Positions 20,258-31,100 of a stretch of 64,000 bases of DNA are shown piece by piece; positions within the stretch are counted from its first letter, which is position 1, and the number at the start of each line of letters is the position of its first letter. Source of the DNA: Candidatus Latescibacterota bacterium (lineage in GTDB: Bacteria; Latescibacterota; UBA2968; GCA-2709665); contig CBDCOX010000002.1 in assembly GCA_965219995.1 (NCBI GenBank), positions 1,536,001-1,600,000 of the forward strand, in the 5' to 3' direction. The notes beneath the pieces were generated by a model. The model worked only from the letters and a program-made list of their open reading frames with translations. It was not told where the DNA came from and searched no databases. The translations under genes and the position numbers were made by a program.

Positions 20258-21376
20258 TCAGAGCGCTGCGGTCGTCTCATTCAACGACCGGAGCAGCCTT
20301 CTTACTTCGGATCCATATGAAGGTCCGCCGTTTCCGATGGCCTTTCGCGCGGTCAGAGTCCAAATGAGTTCCTGCAGGCTGTAAAGGAGATGGACCGATT
20401 CCCACGACGGACCGTCAAGTCCCCTCGTGTGCAGGTACTCGCCCCAAAGAGCCTCTCTGAACGCCGAAAAATCGCTTCGGTATCGCCAAAGCTCCCCTCC
20501 CCACTCACCGAAGTTGAACTCGAGGACCGGATTTCCGATCCCGGCGTTTCCCCAATCCAGGATTCCGGTGACTTCCAGGTCCACGTCTGATCGGACCAGA
20601 ATCTGGTCCTCGTGGATATCCCCGTGAAGTACCACGTCCTCCATCGCGGCGAGCGCTCCAAGTGCCCGCTGCCATTTTTCGTAACTCGCTGCGGAATTCA
20701 ACGCTCCGAATTCCTCCGTGCTGTCCTCGGCAGCCAATTCCCGGATCGACGAAGCAACTGAATCCGGTGCGATTCCCAGGGTACCCGATTTGAGCGCTCC
20801 GTACAGCCATCGATACGAGTCGCCATGATCGCCGTCGACGTCGTGAGACTGTGGTTTCAGGAAGGCAGTTTCGGGACCCAATGGCAGGTTGTGCCAGATT
20901 CCGGCGAGCCGTCCGACGGCGCAGATCACATTTCCATAGTCGGTCGTACTGCACGCATGTTCGATACTGCCAAGCAGCACCCCTTGCAGACGCGTGACAA
21001 CGCCGAACCTGTACGAGCTCATCTCGCGGTTTTCGACCCATTCGACAAGCCTGGGAACCGGCAATCCGTTCAGTCTGTTCAACAGGTCATATACTGCAAG
21101 CTCTAGATCCAGCGAACACTGGTACCTGGGATGCCTTGGAAACAGAAACGCATGATCCCGGGACTTGATCACGTGCTTGGACCATCCGGTAAAGTCGGCT
21201 TCAAGCTCACCAGGTTTCAGCCCGAACGCTTCACAGAAACGATCGAGTTGAGGCCTGATCAATATGGCTTCGAGTGCATTAGAGTCTGCCACGATGCGGT
21301 GATCCCCGTACGTACGCCGATTGCTGATTCTGCGGGACGTCCGCGGTCCAGCAGATCCAGTCGGTGAATGCGCCAC
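20258..21376 (-). CDS. Aminoglycoside phosphotransferase (APH)-like kinase
   Basis: LHGDIHEDQILV and ILDWG; start uncertain. Confidence 0.8.
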   Translation of the reverse strand: MAHSPTGSAGPRTSRRISNRRTYGDHRIVADSNALEAILIRPQLDRFCEAFGLKPGELEADFTGWSKHVIKSRDHAFLFPRHPRYQCSLDLELAVYDLLNRLNGLPVPRLVEWVENREMSSYRFGVVTRLQGVLLGSIEHACSTTDYGNVICAVGRLAGIWHNLPLGPETAFLKPQSHDVDGDHGDSYRWLYGALKSGTLGIAPDSVASSIRELAAEDSTEEFGALNSAASYEKWQRALGALAAMEDVVLHGDIHEDQILVRSDVDLEVTGILDWGNAGIGNPVLEFNFGEWGGELWRYRSDFSAFREALWGEYLHTRGLDGPSWESVHLLYSLQELIWTLTARKAIGNGGPSYGSEVRRLLRSLNETTAAL

Positions 21377-21400
21377 GGTTTGACTCGTTTGGAGGGCATA

Positions 21401-21772
21401 TCAGATCTGAGTATCTGCATAGAAGTTGACGATGTTGCCATCCGGATCGCGGAACCACACGGACCGACGCCCCCAAGGCTGGGTTGTCGGCGGTTTGACA
21501 AACTTGACATTCATGGCCTGCAGACGTACGAACTCCCGGTCGACGTCGTCTACTTCAAATTCGACCGTATAGCTGCCGGTACCAGCACCGTTCAGGCATC
21601 CGGGCGCCATCTTCTCCGTGCGTTCCGAGGAGTAGATGGACAGAACCGCACCCTCCGTCGGGATGATCTCGAAGATATTCGCCTCTTCAGGCTCGAGTTC
21701 CAGGATTTCCCTGTAGAACGCGCAGAGACGAGGCACGTTTTCTGTTACAATACAAATGCCAGTGAACCGCAT
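21401..21772 (-). CDS. VOC family protein
   Basis: EFEVDDVD, PWGRRSVWFRDPDGNIV. Confidence 0.9.
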   Translation of the reverse strand: MRFTGICIVTENVPRLCAFYREILELEPEEANIFEIIPTEGAVLSIYSSERTEKMAPGCLNGAGTGSYTVEFEVDDVDREFVRLQAMNVKFVKPPTTQPWGRRSVWFRDPDGNIVNFYADTQI

Positions 21773-21856
21773 GGTGACCCTCAGTGAGTCTTCGTGGGAT
21801 TATCACTCGCACGGAGCCGCCGTCGCACATGCCCCCGAATAGAAAGAACTCGATTG

Positions 21857-22669
21857 TTACGCCTCGAGCAACGGTCCCCAATCGGCGGCGAAGTCATTGG
21901 AAGGACCGTTGGAGAGATTGACCAGGTTCCCACCGTCAACATCGATCCGGTAAATCTGCTGCCGGCCGTCTTCGTGGCCTGTAAAAACGATCTGTCGGCC
22001 GGTCGGAGACCATGAGAGTTCTGCTACGCCCGTTACCTGGTCAGTGAGGCGTTCGGGATCCGATCCGTCGGCTTTCATAACGTAGACCTGCCTGACACCG
22101 TCACGGTCAGAGTTGAAGGCAATCCACTTTCCGTCCGGCGACCAGACAGGGTCTCCGTCATCGCCCTCCGAAACGTGCAGGCGTCGCTGCCCGCTTCCGT
22201 CCCCGTTCATCACGTAGATCTGCGAGCGTCCGTCACGGTCGGACGTGAAGGCGATCCGGGAGCCGTCGGGAGAAAAGGTCGATTCCAGTTCGCACGCCGG
22301 ATGATTTGTCAGGTTTCTCTGGTTGGAACCATCGCGGTTCATCGCGTAGATTTCGACGTTGTCGTCTCGATCGGTGGTAAAGATGATCGTCTCCCCGTCC
22401 GGCGACCAGTGCGGCCGGAGATCCGGCGCCGTATTCCGGGTCAATCGCACGGGCCGGCTCCCGTCCGCGTCAATCAGGTAGATTTCCCCTTTCCCGTAAC
22501 GTCTGTCGCAGTAAGCGATGCGCGTGCCGTCGGGCGACCATCGCGGATGGTCTTCCTCCCAATCCTCGGTACGGGTGATATTCGTCTGATTGCTTCCGTC
22601 CTCGTCCATGACGAAGAGATCGAACGTACCATCCCGATCGCTGACAAACGTGATCTTCGAAGAATTCAT
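21857..22669 (-). CDS. TolB-like PD40 repeat protein
   Basis: Repeated WSPDG..IAF.SDRDG; start moved to MNSSK because the longer ORF runs through REP sequence. Confidence 0.88.
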   Translation of the reverse strand: MNSSKITFVSDRDGTFDLFVMDEDGSNQTNITRTEDWEEDHPRWSPDGTRIAYCDRRYGKGEIYLIDADGSRPVRLTRNTAPDLRPHWSPDGETIIFTTDRDDNVEIYAMNRDGSNQRNLTNHPACELESTFSPDGSRIAFTSDRDGRSQIYVMNGDGSGQRRLHVSEGDDGDPVWSPDGKWIAFNSDRDGVRQVYVMKADGSDPERLTDQVTGVAELSWSPTGRQIVFTGHEDGRQQIYRIDVDGGNLVNLSNGPSNDFAADWGPLLEA

Positions 22670-22679
22670 GACGGCGCCC

Positions 22680-22735
22680 ACGTCGACTGGTCGGGTTTTG
22701 GATTCAAGCTGATTGGTGAACGCTGATCGCTGCTC
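22680..22735. repeat. Dispersed repeat with GCTGA heptad periodicity, copy 1
   Basis: gggttttggattcaagctgattggtgaacgctgatcgctg resembles 47034-47093. Confidence 0.55.
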
Positions 22736-22747
22736 TTGCTCCGCTTC

Positions 22748-22787
22748 CTCCCCTCTCCCCTTGGGAGATGGGGCTGGGGCGTGAGGG
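22748..22787. repeat. REP-like palindrome (CCCTCTCCC...GGGAGA...GTGAGGG type)
   Basis: ctcccctctccccttgggagatggggctggggcgtgaggg. Confidence 0.55.
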
Positions 22788-22875
22788 TCACCACTTCGCA
22801 ACAGACGCATCCAATGCCGAATCGAGACATGATGCAATAGGAAAGTGATATGAATTTTCGCAACATAAGAATCTA

Positions 22876-23123
22876 TGATGGATTATTCGCGAAAACCCTG
22901 GTTTTGATGTATAACGGGTTGTTTTTCAATAGATTCTGCGAAATATCACGCGTCAGCATTTCATGAATTACGAAATTGATTGGTCAGGGAGATGTTTTGT
23001 AGCCCACCGAGGTAAAGATCCATCGGTTTGGCCCGGAATAGTGAGCATTTGTCCTGCTCTTGGTCTTTATCCTGTTCATCCTGTCCATCCATGTAAGTTC
23101 ATGTTTAGTGAATTATTCAGGCT
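22876..23123 (-). mobile_element. MITE-like intergenic element, copy 3
   Basis: gattattcgcgaaaacc...gtataacgggttgttttt at one end, atcctgtccatccatgtaagttc...gaattattcagg at the other. Confidence 0.65.
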
Positions 23124-23802
23124 CTATGTCATGTTTCCTCAGGACGAGAAGCTCATCTTCCTGGGCCGCCTCCAGGGTAAAATTGAACCGGTCCGCGTCC
23201 AGACACATATCGACGTCTCGTGGATTTATGCCCGGGTAGTCCTCTGCCGCTGCCTGACGAATATCGTCTGCAGCCCCGGACTCGGTGGCTCTCCGGATAT
23301 ACGGGGCTGGATCGGTCTGCGGGTCCCGAATGAGCGCATCGATGTACTGGGCGCACGCCAGGTCCTCTTCAGCCGCCCCGTCCTCGCCTGTCACGACGTA
23401 GGTCAACTCCTTCGGCGCCAGTTCGCGCAATCTGCGAGCGACAGAAGATGCGCAGACGAAACCCGTGCAGATCAGCGGCTTGCAGTGGCGCACGGCAACG
23501 GCGCCGATTGTGCCGGCCGTTGTCCGTTGCACGATGGTTTTCCCGCGAATGTCCGCTTCCCGCAAGTCCGCGGGTGAATTGTACAGATCGAATCCCTTTG
23601 CAGGCGCGCCGTCCTTCAACGCCAGGGATCCAGGAATCCGCGCCTTGATTTCAAGAGCTTCCTTGAGGTCGTCAATCAGAATCATCCTCGACGCGCCAAT
23701 GTGCAAGGCCCATGCAGCAACGGTATACGCTCGCATCACGTCGATAACAACTGCTGCGCCGGAGACCGAGTCACACTCACCGATTCCTAAAAACCTTGCC
23801 AT
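23113..23802 (-). CDS. 2-phosphosulfolactate phosphatase (ComB-like)
   Basis: VVIDVMRA, GFDLYNSP, TTAGT, EDLACA. Confidence 0.85.
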   Translation of the reverse strand: MARFLGIGECDSVSGAAVVIDVMRAYTVAAWALHIGASRMILIDDLKEALEIKARIPGSLALKDGAPAKGFDLYNSPADLREADIRGKTIVQRTTAGTIGAVAVRHCKPLICTGFVCASSVARRLRELAPKELTYVVTGEDGAAEEDLACAQYIDALIRDPQTDPAPYIRRATESGAADDIRQAAAEDYPGINPRDVDMCLDADRFNFTLEAAQEDELLVLRKHDIEPE

Positions 23803-23814
23803 GAAATAGTCCCT

Positions 23815-24621
23815 TCAATGAACGCGTTCCGGATATGGATTCTCGGGAAGTCTAACTCCCCCTACCCAGGCTACATGGTGTGTGGTCTCGATTTCACCGG
23901 ATGATGTCGTGTTGCGTTCAGCGAACAGCTTCAGGCGAGGGTCATCATAGCGGGGAAGGGATCCCCCGCCCCAGGCCCAGATGGAACACTGGAACTGAAG
24001 CCAATCGTAGATATCCGGATAGATCCTTTTCTCAATGACGTCGGCTGCGAAACGAATCCCTACACCGCTCCTTTCCATTGAGACGCGCATCTGGTCCTGA
24101 ACAGTTATCGTCTGGGATAGCCGTGTACTATTCCCGAAGATTTCCTTCACCTCCTGATGGTGCAACTCCCCAATCAGTTCAAAGAAGATCAGACCTTCCG
24201 GCTTCAGGACACGCAGTGCGGCCTGAACACCATAGATGTCGTACCCGATGGGCGCGCGTTCGGAGTAGACGAAGTCGAACGATTCCGGCGCCAGGGAGTC
24301 GCTCTCTGCAAGGAAATCGAGACGCCTGAATTCAACGTTCTGCGCATCACTCTTTCTCAGGGCGTTCTCGGCCAGTTCTAAGTGTCTGGGGTCGTTTTCG
24401 ACACCGAGAGCCGAGTCAAAGCGAACGGCATTCTGCAGTAGCATTCCGCCGTTCCCGCACCCGATGTCCAGGACTCGCATCTGAGGGCGGAACTGAGACG
24501 CAATGATCTCCGTTGCCCGAGGCGCGATGTTTCCATCGGTCCGGTATTTCGCCGGTCGCGATCCGTAGTAGGAGTGTTCCTCATTCAGAATCGACTTCAG
24601 GCGATTCTGGTCAAGTTCCAC
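23815..24621 (-). CDS. Class I SAM-dependent methyltransferase
   Basis: VLDIGCGNG. Confidence 0.85.
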   Translation of the reverse strand: MELDQNRLKSILNEEHSYYGSRPAKYRTDGNIAPRATEIIASQFRPQMRVLDIGCGNGGMLLQNAVRFDSALGVENDPRHLELAENALRKSDAQNVEFRRLDFLAESDSLAPESFDFVYSERAPIGYDIYGVQAALRVLKPEGLIFFELIGELHHQEVKEIFGNSTRLSQTITVQDQMRVSMERSGVGIRFAADVIEKRIYPDIYDWLQFQCSIWAWGGGSLPRYDDPRLKLFAERNTTSSGEIETTHHVAWVGGVRLPENPYPERVH

Positions 24622-24708
24622 AGATTGAATCTCCGTTCGGATAGAGCTGAACTGAAGTGGGGAGACGCGCCAAGGCTTCGAGCCGCAGGCTACATCAAAA
24701 ATACCTGA

Positions 24709-25371
24709 TTACGGCCGCGCACCTCTCACGGCAAAGAAAAACGGATGGACCTCTTCCGCAGTATCGGCACCTTTAAGCCCGGCGCCCACGACACCTTCCT
24801 GTTCAATCTCAAACCCGGTTTCAGCGAGAATCTTCCTGTACGTTCCGGGCCCAAAGTTGCTCCAATACATGGTTTCGCCGAAGAAGTCATCCTCCGTGTA
24901 TCCGGGCCCGTCATCTTTCGGTGCGACCGTAAACAGAAGGAGTCCACCCGGCCTGATCCACCGCGCGAACCGCCGAAAGAGTTCCCGATGCTCCTGTCTC
25001 GGAATATGGAAGATCGCGTAGTAGCTGACAATTGCGTCAAAGCTGCCTTCGGGGAATTCGGTCTCCGTAACGTCAGCGTGGATGAACCTGGCGGTAGAGA
25101 CGTTTTCCCTGGCCATGGCTATCATGCTCGAGGAGATGTCGATCCCCGTAACTGAAAAATTATCAGCAAGTTCCTTCACAAAGGGGATACCTGACCCACA
25201 GCCGACGTCAAGAATCCTTGAACCCGGTTCCAGGCGCCCCGCGATCAGGTTGATCTCCGCCCAGGGCCTGGCACTTCGTTGGCTCGCATATTCCGACGCG
25301 CATCGGTCGTAGGCCGCTCTGACAAACGCTCGATAATCGGCCTCTGGATCGTTTGCAATCTTGAAAGACAT
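24709..25371 (-). CDS. Class I SAM-dependent methyltransferase
   Basis: ILDVGCGSG, YAIFHIP. Confidence 0.88.
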   Translation of the reverse strand: MSFKIANDPEADYRAFVRAAYDRCASEYASQRSARPWAEINLIAGRLEPGSRILDVGCGSGIPFVKELADNFSVTGIDISSSMIAMARENVSTARFIHADVTETEFPEGSFDAIVSYYAIFHIPRQEHRELFRRFARWIRPGGLLLFTVAPKDDGPGYTEDDFFGETMYWSNFGPGTYRKILAETGFEIEQEGVVGAGLKGADTAEEVHPFFFAVRGARP

Positions 25372-25448
25372 TTCTCTTCACCCGATTCTAGTGTTTCGTC
25401 CCAAAAATTCCTCACCATTCGACCGGCAATTCATCCCGTCTATTGACG

Positions 25449-25540
25449 TTGCTTGCGCTGAGCTTGTCGAAGTGCCCTCGCTCGCCGACTATACGCATGT
25501 CGCCTGCACTCAGGCGCTGGGTCCTGAGCCTGTCGAAGGA
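25449..25540. repeat. REP-like cluster (CTGAGyyTGTCGAAG)
   Basis: gctgagcttgtcgaagtg and cctgagcctgtcgaagga; first half resembles 46966-46998. Confidence 0.6.
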
Positions 25541-25718
25541 TGCGAGACGGGCGACTCGGCGGTCGAATTTAGGCAACTTATTTCCGGGACAGAACACCAG
25601 GAATTCGCTTCGAAAGCAGTTATTCGGCCTTTCCCGGGAGGAAACTCGCCATCTGGCATATTGATATCCAGGCGATATTGTGACCGTCGCAATCACGGTT
25701 CCGGGACAGCAGTGATCA

Positions 25719-28088
25719 TTACTCGTCGCGAAGGGCGTCTACGGGATTCAGCCTTGCCGCCCGAAGGGTTTGTCCGGCGACAATGAAGACAACGATCGAT
25801 AACGCGAGCAACGTCGAATAGACAAACACATCGACAGTCATCTGAATCCTGTAGGAGAAATCCTGCAGCCATCGGGACATCACATAGTATGCGACAGGCC
25901 ACGCCAGGACGCTGGCCAGGAGTCCTGCAAATATAAACTTCCCTGAGTACATCGCCACAACACGCCATTTCGATGCGCCCAGAACGCGACGAACGCCAAT
26001 TTGCTTCGTATCCCGTTCAAGGGTCGATCTGACGAGTCCCGCCAGACCCATTCCGGACAACAACAGCGTGATGCATACGCAGATGCCAACTATCCTGTTT
26101 AAGCCACGTTCTCTTGCGTACCATCGCTCAAACCTCTCGGTCAAGAACCCGCTATTTGACGAGAATGCCGTCTGTGGTGCAACTTTGGACCATGTCAGAC
26201 GAATCCAATCCACGGCATCTTCCACACGTTCCGGATGAATTCTTGCCAGAATGACTGGACCGCTTTTGACGAGGAAAATGCCCAGTGGTTCGACCGGATT
26301 TTGCGGTGACATAAAATGGAAATCCTTGACAACACCCACGACCGTTCGGCGTCTGCGCCACCAGGTGATTTCCTCCCCGATCGGCGAGTCCAGTCCCAGC
26401 AGTCTTACGGCTGTTTCATTGAGCAGACAGGCGTGCAGGGTTTCATCCTGGGCGGAAAAACCTCGTCCCTCATTGATTTCAATGCCCAGGGTCTCCAGGT
26501 AGCGACGACTCGCCGCGAGACTTCGGATGGATACATTGCCGGAAACGGAACGACCCCGCGCCGTATAGCTTTGCAGATTACCTCCCGGGATGCCGCCGGA
26601 TGCAACATACAGAATGGATGGCGATCGATTCAATTCCCGCTCTATCGTCAGGCGTTGATGCGTCGAAAAGCCCGGCGTGGAAAAATAGAAGACCTGTTCG
26701 GGCGACAGACCCAGGTTCCCTTTGTCGATATGGTCCAACTGCAAGTATACGATTGAAGCAACAATCAGCAGAAGTGTGGAAATCCCTACCTGAAACAGGA
26801 ACGGCACATTCCGCAACCACGCTGCCGTTCTGAATGCCAATCTGCCTTCCACGATATTTGCGGGCTTTCCCCTGACCAGCCAGAGGACGGGCAAACTCCC
26901 GGCGCCGATACAAACCAGGAAGACTGGCACGCAAAGTGTGGTTAATACTCCGGTAACATGTTCGAACCCGTAAGATCGGACCGTAAGTGTGATACGATTC
27001 AACCAGGGCAGACACAAGTAGGCGAGTGCGATAGCAAACAATAACGCAATTGCGACAATCAAGAGTGAGTCGGCCACGAAATGCAATGCCAGTTCGGTTC
27101 GATCTCCTCCGAAGACCCTCCTGGCTCCAATTTCCCTCGAGCGGTCCAGAAATCGGGCCGTGTTGAAATTCACAACATTCGTACAGACACCGACCAAAAT
27201 GAAAAACGCCAGGACTGCAGGGACGTAGATATAGACGGATCGGCTGAGACTCACGTTTGCCGAGAACTGTTGATTCTGCGATGGGTCAAGATGGATATCC
27301 GTCAATGGCTGGAGAGAGAGCTGAAAGCGCCTGGCGTCTCGATTTCCATAGAATTCCCGGATGAATTCGCGCTCCTGAAGATCGAAATCGTCGGATGTAT
27401 AGCCTTCATCAAGCAGCACGTACGTGTAGACGGACATCCAGCGTTTGGAATTAAAATAGGTCGGGAGATGGCTGGTAACGCTGTTTATCGAGAAAAGATA
27501 GTCAAAGGAAATGTGCGAATTCCGGGGAATGTCCTTCAGGACACCGGTTACCGTCAGGAAATACGCTTTGCCCTTGAATTCTCCCGCTTTGATTACGCTT
27601 CCCATGGGATCCGAATCCCCAAACAGCCTTCTTGCCAGGGATTCTGTAATCACAATCGAAAAGGGTTTTGCGAGCGCAGTCCGGGCGTCTCCCCTGACCA
27701 GCGGGAAGGTGAATATATCGAATACGTTGGCGTCGACGCTGTAACCTGACGCACGAAATTTACGATCATCGTGCTCAACCACCCGGTTAAAACGGAAAAA
27801 ACGGACGTAATCAAGAATATAGGGATATTCTTCAGACAGACGCGTGCCCATAAACCACGCGGATTGATGCCAGATGCGCTCCCCGTTTTCGAATTGTCGT
27901 CGTACGGTAAGGCGATATATCCGGTCGGCATTCTCATGAAAACGATTATAGCCGAATTCATCCAGCACGTTGACGCCGTTCAGCAATACAGCAGCAATAC
28001 CGACGGCCATCCCTGAGATATTTATGGTTGATGCGACTTTGTGCCTTTTCAGGTTTCGCCAGGAAACGATGAGGTGCGATTTCAACAT
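25719..28088 (-). CDS. ABC transporter permease (duplicated MacB/FtsX type), no cognate ATPase adjacent
   Basis: SWRNLKRHK, FHENADRIYR, LQPLTDIHL, REIGARRVFG, IGVRRVLGAS, NPVDALRDE. Confidence 0.9.
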   Translation of the reverse strand: MLKSHLIVSWRNLKRHKVASTINISGMAVGIAAVLLNGVNVLDEFGYNRFHENADRIYRLTVRRQFENGERIWHQSAWFMGTRLSEEYPYILDYVRFFRFNRVVEHDDRKFRASGYSVDANVFDIFTFPLVRGDARTALAKPFSIVITESLARRLFGDSDPMGSVIKAGEFKGKAYFLTVTGVLKDIPRNSHISFDYLFSINSVTSHLPTYFNSKRWMSVYTYVLLDEGYTSDDFDLQEREFIREFYGNRDARRFQLSLQPLTDIHLDPSQNQQFSANVSLSRSVYIYVPAVLAFFILVGVCTNVVNFNTARFLDRSREIGARRVFGGDRTELALHFVADSLLIVAIALLFAIALAYLCLPWLNRITLTVRSYGFEHVTGVLTTLCVPVFLVCIGAGSLPVLWLVRGKPANIVEGRLAFRTAAWLRNVPFLFQVGISTLLLIVASIVYLQLDHIDKGNLGLSPEQVFYFSTPGFSTHQRLTIERELNRSPSILYVASGGIPGGNLQSYTARGRSVSGNVSIRSLAASRRYLETLGIEINEGRGFSAQDETLHACLLNETAVRLLGLDSPIGEEITWWRRRRTVVGVVKDFHFMSPQNPVEPLGIFLVKSGPVILARIHPERVEDAVDWIRLTWSKVAPQTAFSSNSGFLTERFERWYARERGLNRIVGICVCITLLLSGMGLAGLVRSTLERDTKQIGVRRVLGASKWRVVAMYSGKFIFAGLLASVLAWPVAYYVMSRWLQDFSYRIQMTVDVFVYSTLLALSIVVFIVAGQTLRAARLNPVDALRDE

Positions 28089-28191
28089 TCAGCTGCTCAT
28101 CCTGAAAGACAACTCCAGCGTATCGTACTCGCCGGATATCTTAGTCATATAACGAGTCGGAATTTCGGCGCTGTGTTCCACGGACCGAGTT

Positions 28192-28560
28192 CTACGCGTT
28201 CTTGTCCTGTGCAATACACAGACTGTTACCGTCGGGATCCTCGAAGCTGAACTCGATATTTCCCCAGCTCTGGTCCCAGAGCTTTCCAACAGGAATACCC
28301 GCCTGCCTATACTCCTCGTAGACGGCCGCCGCGTCCTCGACGTAGATCTGTACCGTCCGCGTCCCCGGCGGACCGTCGCCGGGAAACGAGGAGACGACAA
28401 TGTGGGCCGAATCCCGGACAACACCCATGTAGCACGGGTCCCGCTTTGTCGAGTGTGGCCGCCAGGCGTACACGCGGCGAAACCCGAGTTTTCCGCAGTA
28501 GAACTCCTCCGCAGCCACTGAACTCGATACACCCAGAATTGGTACCGCCTCTTTGAACAC
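28192..28560 (-). CDS. VOC/bleomycin resistance family protein
   Basis: EFYCGKLGF, WGNIEFSFEDPDGNSL; GTG start after ggaggt. Confidence 0.85.
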   Translation of the reverse strand: MFKEAVPILGVSSSVAAEEFYCGKLGFRRVYAWRPHSTKRDPCYMGVVRDSAHIVVSSFPGDGPPGTRTVQIYVEDAAAVYEEYRQAGIPVGKLWDQSWGNIEFSFEDPDGNSLCIAQDKNA

Positions 28561-28704
28561 GCTATAACCTCCAATTTTGCTTTGCAATCGGAAGGACCGG
28601 CACTGAAGAACGGGGCTGCGCAACGGCCGACTCCAGTCTGCCTGTTTCACGCAACCCCAATGCTCCGCCAGTTTGAATGACAACACACCGAGCGCTGGGG
28701 ATGA

Positions 28705-29502
28705 TCACGTCTTCCGGAGTATCACGTAGACGTTTCCATGTTCACCGGACACATGCTCCCTATCCCCGAGTGCTACGAAATCCTCTCCGTAAATCGCGGC
28801 GACTTCGAATTCTTCAGATTTGTGTGCCAGTTTCTCCAGATCAGAAAATAGCCAGAGCCTCAACGTATGGCTCTCCTTGTATCGATCCGTTTTCCCGTTT
28901 TGCTCGACCGCAATCGTGCATTCCTGGTGACATAATCTCGATTCTCGGTCTTCGTCGAGAATTCTCCACCAAGTACTCACTCGGACGCCCTCCCGTTCAC
29001 TTGTCCAATGATCGCCATCCGGAAGTACGGCTTCGTGGGCGAAGTTGAGGTGGACAATGTAGATTCCGTTCTGACGAAGTGACGAACCTGTAGCTCGCAG
29101 ATGGGAGACGATTTCGTCATCCGAATGGAGATATCCGATGCTGTTGATCGAATTCAGCGCGGCATCGAATACGCCGGGGACCTCAGCGGATACCATTTCC
29201 CCGGGCACGACGCGGACAATCAGGGCGTATCCTGCCGCTGCAACCGAGTCGATTGCATATTGAACCATATAGCGGTTGGCGTCATACCCTGCAACGTCGA
29301 ATCCACCCGCAGCCAGGGCCCTTAGCATGCGCCCCGTTCCACAGGCGGGTTCCAGAATGTGCCTAACTGGGAAGGGAACGTGCGATTCAAAGACGCGTTT
29401 GAAGAAGCGTATCTCCTCGGACAGATCCCATGAGAACGCGATGTCATAGATCCGAGGATGGTTGTAGAGCTCGAACCTGTCAGTCCGTTCGTGCGTAGTC
29501 AC
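28705..29502 (-). CDS. Class I SAM-dependent methyltransferase
   Basis: YNHPRIYD, ILEPACGTGR. Confidence 0.88.
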   Translation of the reverse strand: MTTHERTDRFELYNHPRIYDIAFSWDLSEEIRFFKRVFESHVPFPVRHILEPACGTGRMLRALAAGGFDVAGYDANRYMVQYAIDSVAAAGYALIVRVVPGEMVSAEVPGVFDAALNSINSIGYLHSDDEIVSHLRATGSSLRQNGIYIVHLNFAHEAVLPDGDHWTSEREGVRVSTWWRILDEDRESRLCHQECTIAVEQNGKTDRYKESHTLRLWLFSDLEKLAHKSEEFEVAAIYGEDFVALGDREHVSGEHGNVYVILRKT

Positions 29503-29561
29503 ATGATTCTCCCTGTCGTTCAAGGTTCCCGGCGCCCCCGACCTCGCGATTGTCAGGCACA

Positions 29562-29650
29562 GGGCGCCCACATGGGACGCCCCTACAAGACGAGGGGGTT
29601 GTTTCAGACCCGAAGACGCTTGATCACGTAACGCAAACTGTCAGTTTGCG
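29562..29650. repeat. Composite REP unit (GTAG-type REP + CGCAAACTG.CAGTTTGCG palindrome), copy 1
   Basis: Same two palindromes at near-identical spacing (70 vs 71 bp) at 34439-34528. Confidence 0.75.
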
Positions 29651-29900
29651 CTGCTGTCGCAGAGCCGTTGTCCTGAGTTTACGGTTCCTGAGTGTCGTAC
29701 CGGGGACGGATGTCGCGTGGTTGGCCGACCGGCGTGGTTCAGGCTAGCCGTACTGTTCCTCCAGCCACGCGACCACGAAGTCCGCCAGGTCCCTGGCGTC
29801 GATCAAGCAGGAGTCTGCGGCGCCAACCGGACCCTCTGCGCAGCGTCCCAGGGCCATATACGCAGACGTTTTGTTGGATACAGACCTGCGCGAGTAATTA

Positions 29901-30581
29901 CTACGAATCCCACCCCCAACTTTTGACCAGACCCCGGTCCGCGCCCCCCTGAACCAGCAATGGTATCAGCTCCGGATGCTTCTGGCGCACGGCCGTATTG
30001 CACAAGAGCCGGGTATAGGGCTTCACGAGTGCGCCTTCTCCGATCAGCCACCGGGCGAGTTGCTCGTGGCCTCCCGCCACGGCAAAGTGCAGGGGGGTCA
30101 CGCGCCAGACGGTGTCGTCCTCCTGTTCCCCGGTCAACAGGTCCGGCTCGGCATTCAGATGGTGTCGTACCCGTTCAGTGTCACCCAAGTAGCACGCCGA
30201 GTAGATATCCAGTACGGTCCCTGCTTTTTCCAACATCCGGGCGAGTTCCAACCGACGATAACGTCGCGCAATACAGTAGGGCTTCAGGAGAACCGTGATC
30301 TCTGCCCGGATCCGCCCCGGGATATTGGGATCGGCTCCCTCGCGCAGCAGGAACCGCACGACGTTGATCCGATTGCCGCGCGTTGCCTCCCAAAGAAACG
30401 TCCTGTTGTGCCCGCCGCTCTTGGCATGCAGGAGCGTCGGATCCTGTCTCAGATACCGCTTCAAGGCCCTCAAATCGCCGCGCCGTACCTCCTTTAATAT
30501 CTTGTCGATACCGAAACGACCGCTGTGGCCCGCGCGCGGCTTCGTCTCATTTCCCCATCCGTTGTCGTCCGAAGACATCAC
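29901..30581 (-). CDS. Ankyrin repeat protein
   Basis: LLREGADPN, TPLHFAVAGGH. Confidence 0.85.
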   Translation of the reverse strand: MMSSDDNGWGNETKPRAGHSGRFGIDKILKEVRRGDLRALKRYLRQDPTLLHAKSGGHNRTFLWEATRGNRINVVRFLLREGADPNIPGRIRAEITVLLKPYCIARRYRRLELARMLEKAGTVLDIYSACYLGDTERVRHHLNAEPDLLTGEQEDDTVWRVTPLHFAVAGGHEQLARWLIGEGALVKPYTRLLCNTAVRQKHPELIPLLVQGGADRGLVKSWGWDS

Positions 30582-30808
30582 TCATCTTCCTTTGACAGTT
30601 TAGGGCGGAGATTGACCTTGATTCGTCATTCTTCCGGGACGTTAATTCGAATATATGCAAGCGAATAAAGACGATTTGACGTCGGATTTCCACGAACCTT
30701 CAGGTCACTGGACGTGAACAAAAAAAAATGTGCTTCCGGACGACCTTTACGCCCCGTTTCGAAAGTATTCTCCACAGTGTCGGCTTGCTGGATTTTTCGA
30801 TGCAAGGC

Positions 30809-30956
30809 AAATTGCCACAAGAGGCACAAAAACAGCTATTCTGTTACAGAGCGTATCGCCGAAAGACAAGGAAATACGTTCAGGGTCACGGCGTTACGAC
30901 ACACGCCGTTTCGCACCGATACCCTTTGTGTCTTTTGTGCTTTTTGTGGCCAATTT
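30809..30956. repeat. Inverted repeat pair (GCCACAA.AGGCACAAAA type)
   Basis: aaattgccacaagaggcacaaaa versus ttttgtgctttttgtggccaattt. Confidence 0.65.
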
Positions 30957-31100
30957 TTCGATTTTCTTTTTTTTAAATTGAGATTGATAGCTGTGGAGAT
31001 TTCCCGGTGCGCGAAATTCCGGTGGCTGCTGTTTGAAGGCCTGAATGCGCCGCGCCCGTCGCCTTCGAATTGGCGACCTGCACGGAAGTCGTGCGAATGT

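Noticed and set aside
22670-22837. N-terminal extension of the TolB-like ORF
   Set aside because: Runs through REP and heptad repeats; the true start is more likely at 22669.
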